NCBI GenBank assembly: GCA_951406725.2
Contig: OX597835.1
Coordinates: 18,166,001 to 18,230,000, forward strand
Direction of reading: 5' to 3'
DNA length: 64,000 nucleotides
Origin: Octopus vulgaris
Lineage: Eukaryota
Made by a program: the position numbers and the translations under genes. The notes under the pieces are model-generated. The model had not been told where the DNA came from. It ran no database searches and saw only the letters and a program-made list of their open reading frames with translations. Below are positions 40,661 through 54,305 of this stretch, in pieces; position 1 is the first letter of the stretch; every line of letters starts with the position of its first letter.

Positions 40661-42185
40661 AATATAAACACAATATATTAAACAATATGTGATTTATAGA
40701 AACATGTAGCATAACCAGGTTGTGTTAGAACACTGTACGACCCTGTTTATTTAACCATATGCAAACTGTCTTCGGGGAAAAACAAATGCCACGTTTGAAC
40801 ATCTTCGAAGTCGTTTTTTTTCGTTGGGAAACAACCTGATGATATTCTAAATTGTTAAAATGTCTGAATTTTAATTTTAATAGGAATCTGTCTTTTGTTG
40901 CCATTTAAAAAAATATATTTTTCTTTATATTCTGATCGTAAATGGATTTGCATCATTTAAACTTTTTCGCAAAGTTCGCTGCATCAGAGGTTCGTAACTT
41001 TTCCTATTAATATTTTGTTTCATTTTCGAAGAACGAGGATACTTAGTTCTTTTTTCATTCCCCCGCAATTTTCTTTGTTATTTTCCCCGAGAAAGCATTT
41101 CATAGTCGCTCGGAAGAAATTACTTCGCTTCTCCCATTTTCAAAATTTCTTTTTTTTTTTTGAGCCTTTTCATTTCTGTGATTATTTATTCTTTCTTTTT
41201 ATCACCGTTTGATGTTTCCCTACCGTTTTGGAATTTTCACATATGAACAGCCTTTCTGCTTCACCGCATGATAAATGTGTGATATTATAGATTGTTATTG
41301 TTCGGAGACAATGTGTTTGCTCATGTAGTTGTGATACTCGGCTTAATGCTGTTTGATTTGCTTTCCCCGAAAGTTTTGGCTGGTGTTGATCTGGAGACTT
41401 GGTTTTGTTGTTCGTCTCATTGTTGCTCATCATACTTTTCGCTTCCCTTCATTTGGTTTCATTCATCTCTAAGACATGCCATGCTACGTTAGTTAGTATT
41501 GATGACGTCCTGATGTTTGATGACAAGGTTCCCTAATCTTCAAGTTGCGCGGCATTAAATAAATACATGAATTAATCTTTCTACAAAGTATGTTTAGTCT
41601 TATGAACCTTGTCTCGGAACCAGTTACTTGACACAGTTACCATACGGCCCCGTGTCGTTTGAGGGTCATTAGAACTTGCAGGCCTATATTTGATATCCGC
41701 AGATCCCAGGACACCAGATGTGAAATTTACTTTGGAAGCAATCTCATACTGTGATAAAAAATATCTACTATCCATTGTTCCAACACCGTATCTAATATGA
41801 TTTATTCTAACGAGTTTCTTTGACCCATGCATTGGTGTATAAATATATATTAGGGGGCATTTCAGCCTTTCTTTTGTCCTCGGTTTCAGCTTCCAAAGTA
41901 GTGCCGTAGCTATAGCCTTTTTGATTTTAATTTAGAAAACATCTACAGACATATCACAGAGCGCCGTTAGTGCTGCTCATCCGAGAGAAAACTGAGACCA
42001 CTTACGTATTTCCTGCGTAGTAACACAGATAAATTTGCTCTTCGGCCACACTTTGACCTTTACCAAGCTGCGAATAAATCGTTTTAACGAAATTCACCCA
42101 TACGAGTAACTATGATAGATCTAAAAATCACAACAGAATCTTTCGTATTTGGGGAATGTTTGCCACTCCGGCTATGCTATACGTG

Positions 42186-42486
42186 GCGGCACATGGCATA
42201 GTGGTTAGAGCAGCACACTCGAGGTCGAGGGATCGCGGGTTCGAACCTCAGACCGGGCGATGTGTGTGTTTATGAGCGAAAACACCTAAGCTCCACGCGG
42301 CTCAGGCAGAAGGTAATGGCGAAACTTCTGCTGACTCTTTCGCTACAACTTTCTGTCACTCATTCCTCCTGCATCTTGCAGGTCACCTGCGACGGACCGG
42401 CGTCCCGTCCAGGTGGGGAACCTATACGCCAAGGAAAGCGGGAAACCGGCCCTTATGAGCCAGGCATGGCTCGAGAAGGAACAAAG
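42186..42486 (+). mobile_element. SINE family B-related, tail B3
   Basis: tRNA-like head (TGGCATAGTGG...GGTTCGAACC), shared gagcgaaaacacctaagctccacg body, distinct CCTGCGACGGACCGGCGTCCCGTCCAGG 3' half. Confidence 0.85.
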
Positions 42487-43005
42487 TAAGTATGCTATAC
42501 GAACAACTTAAAGTAGTTAACAGTCCGTAATAATCGATATTACTCTTACTGATGTTAATATGGCTGAACCTTTCCAAAGTATTTCATTGAGTATTTTGGT
42601 ACAATCACATCCATTAATTTGATCATTATACACTTCCATATCTTTTCCTTGTCAATTTTCTTCTTTGTTCTTTCTAATGCTGAGTTGCATTTTCTTGACA
42701 TTGTACTGATTCTAATAGTATGAAAATTGCGTATGGATGCGCAAATGTAGCGCGTGTAAATAAAATTTCAAAAGCTTTATTAAACCAAAGTGTTTCTTTA
42801 TTTTAGTTGATCGCTTCTGGTTATCCAGGGCAGCCATTTCTTATGCGAACATAGTTCTTTTAATATGTCTTCCAATGAAAAATTCATTCGATAAAACTTG
42901 AAACACGCGTGTCCCGAAGAGAATAATTCGCTCGTTTATTTACATTGTCGAATACGATGATGATGACAACGACGACGACGACGATAATAATAATAATGAT
43001 AATAG

Positions 43006-43130
<125 letters not shown>

Positions 43131-43137
43131 TTAAGAG

Positions 43138-43312
43138 TTTCAAATTTAGAAATAATGCCAGTAAGTTTGGAGGATTTTTCAACTGGTAGTTATTTTAATG
43201 ACCCAGGATGACCAAAGGCAAAATCGACCATGGTGGCATTTGAAACCTGAACGTAAAACGGACGAAATGCCGTTAAGCATTTTACCCAGGGCAATATTGA
43301 CTCTGCCAGCTC
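43138..43312 (-). mobile_element. SINE family A, old copy between (AAT)n tracts
   Basis: aaaggcaaaatcgacc...gacgaaatgccgttaagcatttt...ctgccagctc. Confidence 0.65.
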
Positions 43313-43748
43313 CGAGCCATAATAATAATAATAATAATAATAATAAAACTACTGCTAGTACTACCAATAATAATAATAGTAATGATAATAATAAAAATGA
43401 GAAGAAGAAGAAGAAGAAGGAGAAGAAGAAGAAGAAGAAGAAGAAGAAGAAGAAGAAGAAGAAGAAGAAGAAGAAGGAATATAATGGAAAATATATTGGA
43501 GAAAACTTCAAGGCAGAATAATTCGAACTTACGAAGAATACAACTAAGAATTATACATTCAATATTTCAGTTCTATTATTCACTTTCACTTCTGTGGGTA
43601 GTATGGGTTTGTAAATGTAATTATAGTTATAATTACAAAGAAGAATAAACAAACATCGAAGGAAAAAAAAACAGCAAAAACGGAGAAAAAATTTATTTTG
43701 GAAGATGTGCTTCTGTTTTTAACACTCTCAGTGTATGTACTATATACA

Positions 43749-43807
<59 letters not shown>

Positions 43808-45096
43808 TCACACGTAAACAAACGCACCATTCTTACATATATATAAATATATACACATACAAAACAGCATCTCGAAGTTTTTGATAGTGAGCAAAACGCA
43901 TCGATATACATACATACAACCATTAATACATATATACACACACGTACGCGTGCGTACGCTCATACACACACACAAACACACACACATATATGTACATATA
44001 TATGAATGTATGCGTATTTATATGTATGGGGAATATTTCCAGAGAGCTGAGCTATTCTTAAGCGGATACGAGTAGAGAATATTGTAATATTATTGTCTAA
44101 ATTCCATTTTTGAAAGTGTGTGAAACTGTTCAGTTGAGGTGAAAATTACTCCTAGCAAAATAATATTATTGCATAAAAGAGATTCTCGTTTTTGTAAACT
44201 GATTCTCTTTTAAAACATCTTTGCTCTTGAAATAAAGTTTTGTTTCTCTTATGTGGGTGATCTTCTTCATTTTGTTTTCCGTTTTTTTAAATTTATTCTC
44301 TTAGAAATACATTATGAAAGGAATGGATTTTTTTTTTTTTCTTTGAAGAAACTGTTGAGAATCGGGATGGAAAATAATTGTATTATTTAGGGAGATGGGA
44401 ACAAAGAATAAAACTATACAAAATACAAAACAGAAACAAAATAAAACATGTTTTATGATTTAGTTTCTTAAAGTGAATGATAAAAATTCTAAAATACTCG
44501 GAACGTTCCATAAAATAATCTTCAAATAAAAACGAAATAGGAGATAAAATTCTGTCTTTTAATGTTTCGTTTTGCTTTTACGTAAAACTTCAGAGGAAAC
44601 GAGAAACCAGCGGCAAGAAATTGGTATCAAGTTCTGTTTTTCCTTGATAGCATGATAAACCTTTCTCTGAAGCCAAACGGATTTGAATGAAATAAATGAG
44701 AATAACTTTAGTGAACACATTGTATTTCAGAAAAATTAAAGAGGAATTATGTGTAAGGAAAATAGAAATCTGCAGCAAAAAAGACTTAATAAATATATAC
44801 ATTTGAATATAACATTAGTCTTATGCACATGCACTCTGCAATCGATTCAAGGCAATATGACCAGATATTGACAGCATATACATGTATGTATATATATATG
44901 TATTCATGTATGTATGTGTGTATGTATTGATGAATGGTTGGGAGGCTGGTTGGAAAAGGGATGGATATGAGCATGCATGTGTCTATCTCTGTCTTATATA
45001 TTGTATTATTTAGGGAGATGTATATTCTGTGTATCTATGTCTTAAATATGTTAAATATATGTGTATATATGTGTATAAATGTAAATAAATGTGTAT

Positions 45097-45149
<53 letters not shown>

Positions 45150-45235
45150 GTATATGTACATATAGATGTATATGTACATATATATATGTATATCTGTATC
45201 TATCTAATTGTCTGTCTGTCTGTCTATCTATCTAA

Positions 45236-45282
<47 letters not shown>

Positions 45283-45283
45283 C

Positions 45284-45323
<40 letters not shown>

Positions 45324-45418
45324 ATATATATATATATATGTATATGTATATATAGATGTATATGTACATATATATATGTATATCTGTATCTATCTAATTG
45401 TGTCTGTCTGTCTGTCTT

Positions 45419-45515
<97 letters not shown>

Positions 45516-46102
45516 GTACATATATATATATATGCATATACGCAAATCTCTCTCTCTCTGTGCTTATGCATGTGATTTGGAATATGTACATCTATTTGAC
45601 TTGTATATGATTTCTTATTTAAGCACGTAATCACATGTTTTATGCGCGTATACACTTGTGCACGTGTGCATGTGTGAGTGTTTCTGCATGTGGTGGGGTG
45701 TAAATTGTGGAGTGAAAACACCCGATCACATCTATCCATTAGTAATATGCTACAAACTTAATCTGCGCCCGAAAACTGAGAAAAACTAAAAACCCACAAC
45801 GAGGGAATTTAATTCCTGCCTCAAGGTATGACACCCTATACCGCAAAGGATTTCATATCACGCACCGTTGATTTTTCCTCATCCGCCACCTTTAAAACAA
45901 CCCAAACGATCCTGTTCAACAAAAAGCAGTTCACTCTCAAAACGATTAAGAATTAGATAGGGATCATTTATATTTCCTTCTGCGTCATTCCTCGTAATTT
46001 CAAGCTCCACGTTCCATCGATTACACATACACACACACACACACAAGCGCAGACACATTTACACGCAAACAAACACACACACAATCACACATGCTCCCAC
46101 AT

Positions 46103-46161
<59 letters not shown>

Positions 46162-46299
46162 GTATATGTATATATATATATATATGTAGGTGTGTATGTA
46201 TACCATTGAAGGGGTGAATGGAGAAACAACAATACAAAAGAGCTACATGTATTGTACTCCATGCGATGCGAACACTCAGGATTCTAACATTCTTTATTT

Positions 46300-46451
46300 T
46301 CTCTCCTTGTTTCTTTCTGTGTTCCTTTCTGTGAAAAAAGAGCGTAGGCTCGAAACGTTAAAGACTTTCTCACTTTCCGAGCGTTAAACTAATACATCTG
46401 TTTGTTGTCTATACCACCTGTCCTCGTCTTTTGTTTTTGGGAAATTCTTCC
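46300..46451 (+). mobile_element. Second copy of the 27231 family, ending in (TA)n
   Basis: ctttctgtgaaaaaagagcgtaggctcgaaacgttaaagac...ccacctgtcctcgtcttttgttt. Confidence 0.65.
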
Positions 46452-46527
46452 TATATATATATACATATGTACGTGTGTACATATAAGTATGGGTATATAT
46501 ATGTATGTGTATATATATGTGTATGTC

Positions 46528-46584
<57 letters not shown>

Positions 46585-47390
46585 GTGTGTATGTATTTAT
46601 GTATGTATGTATATAAACAATATAGTTTTTGGTTGTGGTCTCTCCTTCATTTACTGGTGGTAGCCCTCGCATTCCTCTGGTTGTCCATAGGTGTGAGGAC
46701 TCCATACCTTTGTGGGACCACTGGCACAGAGGAACTTTAGGTTATTACTTATCAACCTGGTTTTTCACAGGGGCGTGGGATCCATTCTTTTGTGGGACCT
46801 CTGTATGTGTATATAGATATTCATGCGAGTTTGTGTGGCGGGAGGTGATGTTGGTTTCGAATATTAATTGAATTAACGTTGAATTAATATTCGAAATTTT
46901 TGCGCTCCTACGCTTTTATTTCCTTACCTTTGTTTTTTTTCATTCCCTTGTATGAAGAACACCTCATCTTCTGCCCTATAACATTTATATTGCATGAGTC
47001 TAACGAGTCATCCATCCATCCGTCTGTCTGTCTGTCTGACCATCCGTCTGTTTGTCCATATCTCTATCATTCTGTCTGTCTGTATCTCTCTATCTCTATA
47101 TGTACATAAGCATGCACACGTACATAGCTTCATAGATACATAGATATTCTCAATATAAAATTATGTATATTTAAGCGGTTTTTACACGCTAGAGGAAGTA
47201 GTCAAAAGAGCAATCTTCAAAAGGAATGAAAAATAAACTTTTACTTTGTTGTTTTATTCCGGTCAGACCTAGGTTTCACATTTTTTTAGCAAATAAAATA
47301 ATTTGCTTGTCGAAACTCTCATCAGTAACCGCGCCATAACACTAACATATAAGCACAGTTTCAATCGCTCCCACACACACACACACACAC

Positions 47391-47750
<360 letters not shown>

Positions 47751-49446
47751 TATATATATATATATATTTACATGCATAACATATTTACGTGCATGTATAT
47801 TGAAATAAGCGTTTAAGTCAGCTCGAGCAATAGAAGCAATATCGAATACACATACTGAGGGTATGTATTTTCGATACATATGTATATATATACAAACATA
47901 TAAAACATATACACATGCCTAGAAACGTATTTAGATATATTTCTATATATGTACATGATGCCAGTATCACAATTCAGTGTTGTATCACGCGAAATTTACG
48001 TGTTGGATACTTTTACTTCAGAATACATCTTTCGAAATGTAAATATTTGTTTGTAATGTGCTCATTCAAACCCGGTCCTCAAATCACACAATATTGCAGA
48101 AGACAATAACCTCAAAAACAGAATATAATGTGTGATGCGTTCAATGTTCTATACCTCTTTCTTTTCACGTCAATGCCTCATTTTCATGTAAGATAGCGTT
48201 TGTTATCAAACAGGTCATATTCACTTTATTTCTCCTACTCAATAGAATTTCAACTGAATAGTTTAATTTAAACGAAAAGGCTCTATCTCTGACGTGTTCA
48301 CTATAAGGACTAACAACAATGTGATCCGTTGCCAATCTTTTTATCTGAACGTCCAACACATCCGGTGTACTCATTGTAGTTTTTTTATTGGTTAAGTACC
48401 TGCTATTAAAATTTTACGAACAAATCTTCTCAAATTCAACTAAGACTCTCATCTTTTCGAATTCAATTAAGAAAAATACAAGTCAAGCACTGTAATCGAT
48501 CGTCTAACGCGTCGATTTATAAAAGTGCTGGCCTTTTGCCTAAATTAGGAATTCACATCAACAAAATTGCCAGTATGCCGATGGCAAAGATGACTCACTG
48601 CCGACGTTTATATTAAATATAAGTGCTTTGAAAATTTAATTAAAATTATTGGTTTATCTTATTTTATAAAATATAAGCTATTCCTTGAAGGGCTTCCTTG
48701 GTGCGGCACGTCAGTGAGTTTATATAATCTTCCAGGAAGTTAAGTGATGCAAGCGTGTCACCTACTTTCGCCTCAGAACCATTCCGATGAGCCTATACGA
48801 TTTTTGAGATTGTCTATATCAAGACTAATACATGCTGCTTTTTGTTTTCTTGGAGGTCCTTTTCTTAGTTTGAGCTCATTGTCATCATTACTAAATCATG
48901 ATTACTGTTGATATCAACACAAGGGTAAATGATGCTGAACTCGAACTTTTGAGGTGTGAAAATGAAGTCAATGCGATTGCGATTTCAAAGTATTAGATCA
49001 CTATGTCACGCACATATGATTGCGATGCATGTACCTAGTGTACCCTTATCAGATGGGTCGTCACGATGGGTATACTTGGCTTCGTATATTTTACCCCAGT
49101 GTCACTTTGATGACATGCACTACTCTCATCATACATGCATACATAGATACATGTATAAATGACGTGTTAATCCAAAGCCTTTTTAATTTTACCACACCTT
49201 GAACATAGAATCTCATTTGACGCCAAAGCAATTATCGTCAAAGAAGCAATAGCTTTTCTTTCATCACTGATTACCAAAATGTAAGTATTGAAAAATAAAC
49301 TCCGAACGGAATACGATGGTAATTTGATGCAAACAGTTCGAGGAATCTACGGATAATTACTTACTGCATTTTCATGGGAATACTTTTTGAATAAAAACTA
49401 TACCTAGCTAACTACACAGATGAATAAAACACATTTATGTATATAG

Positions 49447-49705
49447 CACGTAGCTGACCAGACTATCAAATGTTGTTACACATTGCTGGTCACAATGCGC
49501 TTTCACAATGTTTTAGCCTTCATGTGATGCCCCCTCTCCACTGAATATGCGAGCAAGCAAACATTCGTCCTCAATCAAATGGGCATCTGGATTCACGTGA
49601 AATTAGGTATATTGTTCAAGAACAAAAGGCACCATCTACTCTGGGTCTCGAACCAGCGATATACCGATTGTGATTGCATCAGCCTAACCATTAGGCCACG
49701 CGCCA
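49447..49705 (-). mobile_element. Old SINE sharing tail B2
   Basis: gaccagactatcaaatgttgttacacattgctggtcacaatgcgc matches 21503-21547; decayed tRNA-like head. Confidence 0.6.
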
Positions 49706-49793
49706 TCATTTATACATATATATGTATGTGTGCATTTGAGAGGGGGTGTGTATGTTATAAGTGCATATGTACCTATATGTGTGTACGTTTGCC

Positions 49794-49850
<57 letters not shown>

Positions 49851-49854
<4 letters not shown>

Positions 49855-50218
49855 GTAGGAGTGGCTGTGTGGTAAGTAGCTTGCTTACTAACCACATGGC
49901 TCCGGGTTCAGTCCTACTGCGTGGTACCTTGTGAAAGTGTCTTCTACTATAGCCATGGGCCGACCAAAGCCTTGTGAGTGGATTTGCTAGATGGAAACAG
50001 AAAGAAGCCCGTCGTATATATGCATATATACGTGTGTTTGTGTGTCTGTGTCTGTCCTTCCCCCTCCATGATGCTGGTGTATTTACATCCCCCTAACTTA
50101 GCGGTTCGGCAAAAATGATCGATAGAGTGAGTACTAGGCTTACAAAGAATAAGTCCTGGGGTCGATTTCCTCGATAAAAGCGGTGCTCCAGCATCCAAAT
50201 GACTGAAACAAGTAAAGA
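49851..50218 (+). mobile_element. SINE family C, near full length, in (TA)n
   Basis: Matches 28499-28900. Confidence 0.9.
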
Positions 50219-50328
50219 GTGTATATATATATATATATATATTTATAGCGTTAGCTGCCATTCTTTGGGTCTTCTAGATACCAATACCTTTTATGCATAT
50301 GTACATGTATGTATGTATGTATGTATGC

Positions 50329-50388
<60 letters not shown>

Positions 50389-50686
50389 AATCTTAGATGT
50401 CTATTTACAAACCTTGAAGCAAGTAAATCAACACATAATTTAAATAAAGCAATGACCATTGAATTAATAACATCTGAGACATGTTAAATGCAATAATTCT
50501 TAGATTATAAAATTATGATATCAGTTTCTCCAGAGATTAATCGAGCGAGTGTATTGAAACGGTTCCGTGGATTCTGTCAAAAGATATACGTTCATTTATT
50601 TGAATTTAAAACCTGCTTTCTTTAAAAATTACATCTCTTGTACTTAGACTTGGAGACGAATGCCATCACATTACTTATCGGATATC

Positions 50687-50919
50687 TGTTTCTTTATTGC
50701 CCACAAGGGGCTAAGCATAGAGGGGACAAACAAAGACAGACAAACGGATTAAGTCGATTACATCGAACCCAGTGCGTAACTGGTACTTAATTTATCGACC
50801 CCGAAAGGATGAATGGCAAAGTCGACCTCGGCGGAATTTGAACTCAGAACGCAACGACAGACGCAATACCGCTAAGCATTTCGCCCGGTGTGCTAACGTT
50901 TCTGCCAGCTCGCCGCCTT
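50687..50919 (-). mobile_element. SINE family A with perfect TSD
   Basis: tacttatcggatatc at 50672-50686 and 50920-50934. Confidence 0.95.
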
Positions 50920-52280
50920 TACTTATCGGATATCGACATTAATATAATGATTTACGGGATAAAATCTTACCTAGTTGTTTATATTCAACCTGGATCAATG
51001 TAAGATGGAAAACGTATTTGATGGCCGTATTGGGTATCAACTATTCCAACATAGGGACATTTTTACGGTAGATGGTTTGGAAACACATTTTAAGACATTA
51101 CAGGACGTAGACTTAAGAAACGATTAACTAAGGTAAACTAATGAACTAATAAACAGAATGTCTTGGAGACTCTTAATCCTGCAACCCTGGATCAAGGAGA
51201 ACGAATTGTGCAAGATTTCACACTTCTGTGAACAATAATCACACTATAATTTGTTCTTTGAAACACTCCTCTGATTCCTGACCTTAAGTTTTTAAGCCCC
51301 ACTAAGGAATACAGAAATTTATTTCATATATATTTCTTCTTTGACATTCACATCTTATTTTAGTGCATTTAATATTTAAAATTAGTAGGCGCATATCACC
51401 ATTTCCAGTAAATATTTCCAAGTTCAGCTGTGCTTTTTACTATCGTAATGCACTCATCAGAAACGACGCATTCTTTCAGAAACCAAAATATCTGCCTTCA
51501 TTTAATGCCCTGAAACGCAGCAACACAAGGCGTGAAATTGTGTAGTTTTATCGTGCCTTCAGTTTTAATGTGAAAACAAACACTGTAAAAGAGTTTCTAA
51601 ATTTAATTTCCTATCATTTTTCAACACACCATCCTAAAAAGGGACGTAAAATAGTAATTTTATTCAGCTAAGCTTTTGTTACATTCGAAGCCTTTGATAG
51701 TTCCTTCAGAAGTTATAATGCTAAAAAAACGGGATTCTGGCACAAGATAATGTCGAGCTCGGTGACTGTCTGTAATTATGTAAATTGGAATATTCGTCCC
51801 CTAATGGCAAATAAATACTAATGCCATGATGATAAGGCACTAAATTATACATGACCGACAAATCCAGGATGAAAATTATACATTAAATGGACTGAAAATA
51901 TTATTGAAACTCAAATTCCTGAATGCAGGCAATTTCTTGCTGAAACTGGGAAAAGTTTACACTTGCTTTGACGAAATCCATTTAGAATTTTAAAGATAGT
52001 GAGAGAGATAATGAAGAACAGGTTAAGGAATAAAGAGAAATGGGAACAAGTAAATGTTGGCTTTAATTTAATTAGTCTTCATTTTATTACCTTAGATTCG
52101 CCATGGAATTTCCTGGCGAATTTTGATTTTTCATGTGGAGAAAGATTCTACTAGAAAATTAACCTAGATATTTCTCAGCTGACACGGTCTGAATATTTAT
52201 CGTGCCGAAACTCCGTTCCTCAGCATATTTTAAACTATTAAGAAACAACTAAATTTCATAGTTCACAAGTCATTTTCATA

Positions 52281-52668
52281 TCTTTATATATAAAAGTGAG
52301 GTTGTGTGCTGTCTGTCTCCTACGATTTAGATTCCTAACTACTCCCACATTTTGCGGTGCAGTTTAACCAAAACCGGGTATCTTATAGTCGTGATTCATA
52401 TCGAGCCCTTCTGGGTATTAGCGCGCGTCTACGATGAGTCTTACGATTTAAAAAAATAATTAGCATCAATTTTTCCCATTTTTAATGCATTTTTGGCATA
52501 TATAAGGGAAGTAACTCTTTTAAATTAAATCTCAGAACGTAAAAAGCTACAGTAACACCCCCCTTTGTGGTTAGCCATATTGAGATGACTATTATACTTT
52601 ACATCTCTAAAAATGGTTATATAGTTATTTCCCTTACAAACCCGAGCAACGCCGGGTGATACTGCTAG
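52281..52668 (+). mobile_element. Non-autonomous Helitron, second copy
   Basis: A|TC...CCCGAGCAACGCCGGG...CTAG|T; near-identical to 5134-5531. Confidence 0.9.
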
Positions 52669-52757
52669 TTTCTGTATAATGCCAAGCCATTACAATGTGA
52701 TTTCTGTTATCAAATAGAAACCAAATACTCGCTCTGTATATACTTTTATTCTTTTAT

Positions 52758-52960
52758 TCCTTTAATTGTTTCGGTCATATGACTGCGGCCATGTTGGAGC
52801 ACCGGCTTTAATCGAACAAATCAACCCCAAGACTTATCCTTTGTAATCCTAGTACTTATTTTAACGTTCTCATATGCCGAACCGCTAAGTTACGTGAACG
52901 TAAACACACCAACATCAGTTGCCAAGCAACGTTGGGAGGTGACAAACACAGACACGCAAA
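52758..52960 (-). mobile_element. SINE family C 3' half
   Basis: gactgcggccatgttggagcacc...gccgaaccgctaagttac. Confidence 0.75.
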
Positions 52961-53131
52961 TACATACATACAAATAAAGGAAAAATAAACAAAAGTTAAA
53001 AATAAAATAATGCTACACTACAAATTCAAAGAACAAATTATCATCAAAGAGAATGAAGATCAGTAATGTATAATATGCAAAATTATGATTATTATGAATG
53101 TATCCTCATTTAATTAAATGTTATATAGGTA

Positions 53132-53442
53132 TATCACCGTGATCACCGTGACCGAACAGGCTATCAGATGTTGCTACACATCACTGGTCACAATTCGCTT
53201 CGCATTGTTTTAGCCTTCAAATGACGCCACCCCGCTGGCTAAGCGAGCAGGCCAACAGAAGAAAGAGTGGAAGAAAGTTGTGGCGAAAAAGTACAGCAGG
53301 GATCGCCACCACCCCCTGCCGGAGCCTCGTGGAGCTTTAGGTGTTTTCGCTCAATAAACACTCACAACGCCCGGTCTGGGAATTGAAACCGCGATCCTAC
53401 AACCGCGAGTCCGCTGCCGCAACAACTGGGCCATTGAGCCTC
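53132..53442 (-). mobile_element. SINE family B, tail B2
   Basis: Matches 21482-21792. Confidence 0.9.
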
Positions 53443-53507
53443 CACATATAGGTATATAGAGGATGCTATTTAGTTGTGAAGTATTTGAATGTTTTTCTAT
53501 ACATATA

Positions 53508-53722
53508 TATTTCTTTATTGCCCACAAGGGGCTAAACATAGAGGGGACAAACAAAGACAGACAAAGGGATTAAGTCGATTACATCGACCCCAGTGCGTAA
53601 CTGGTACATTATTTATCGACACCGACAGGATGAAAGACAAAGTCGACTTCGGCGGAATTTGAACTCAGAACGTAACGGCTAAGCATTTCACCCGGCGCGC
53701 TAACGTTTCTGCCAGCTCGCCG
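53508..53722 (-). mobile_element. SINE family A (tail 2)
   Basis: Reverse complement of 47518-47750 with a short deletion. Confidence 0.9.
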
Positions 53723-54034
53723 TATAGGAGCAATTCATAGTATGATTAGTACTAGAATTTAATAAATTTAATATTAAGGAACGCATATAAAACATTTCTT
53801 CCATGTAAAGGTCGCACTTCAGATAACCCGATTGTGCAGGAGAGTATTATATACAATAGACGACTTCATACCATGATTTGTATTATCATGCAAATCACGA
53901 AGACATTTACTAGATTGAATGAGGGAAACGGATGCATAGTCTACAGTTAAAGAACTATGTCAGATGAACATATGTAATAAATTTGCAAAATAACCAAATG
54001 CTACCCTTCTTGCTTAGTGTCTTCTTACTTAGAG

Positions 54035-54110
54035 CAGTGCTACTCAAAGTGGCGGTCCACGGACCGCTGCCGCTCCGGGAGCCATCAGCCGCAGGTACGC
54101 GGCGTGTTTC
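54035..54110 (+). mobile_element. Possible hAT (Charlie-like) terminus
   Basis: CAGTGCTACTCAAAGTGGCGGTCCACGGACCG resembles hAT-Charlie TIR plus subterminal palindrome; no partner end found. Confidence 0.45.
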
Positions 54111-54159
54111 CACAAAAGGAAGAAACATTATAAAATGCTTATGTAATATTGTATTATTT

Positions 54160-54305
54160 GGAGTGGCTTTGTTGTAAGTAGCTTGCGTTCCAGCCACATG
54201 GTTCAGGGTTCATTACAACTGCATGGTACCTTGGGCAAGTGTCTTCTACTATAGCCTCGAGCCTACCAAAGCCTTGTGAGTGGATTTAGTAGATGGAAAC
54301 TGTAA
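54160..54305 (+). mobile_element. SINE family C 5' half
   Basis: ccttgggcaagtgtcttctactatagcc...gccttgtgagtggattt. Confidence 0.8.

Noticed and set aside
46856-46897. Short palindrome tttcgaatattaatt...aattaatattcgaaa
   Set aside because: 15 bp AT-rich arms, single occurrence and no associated element, so not interpretable.
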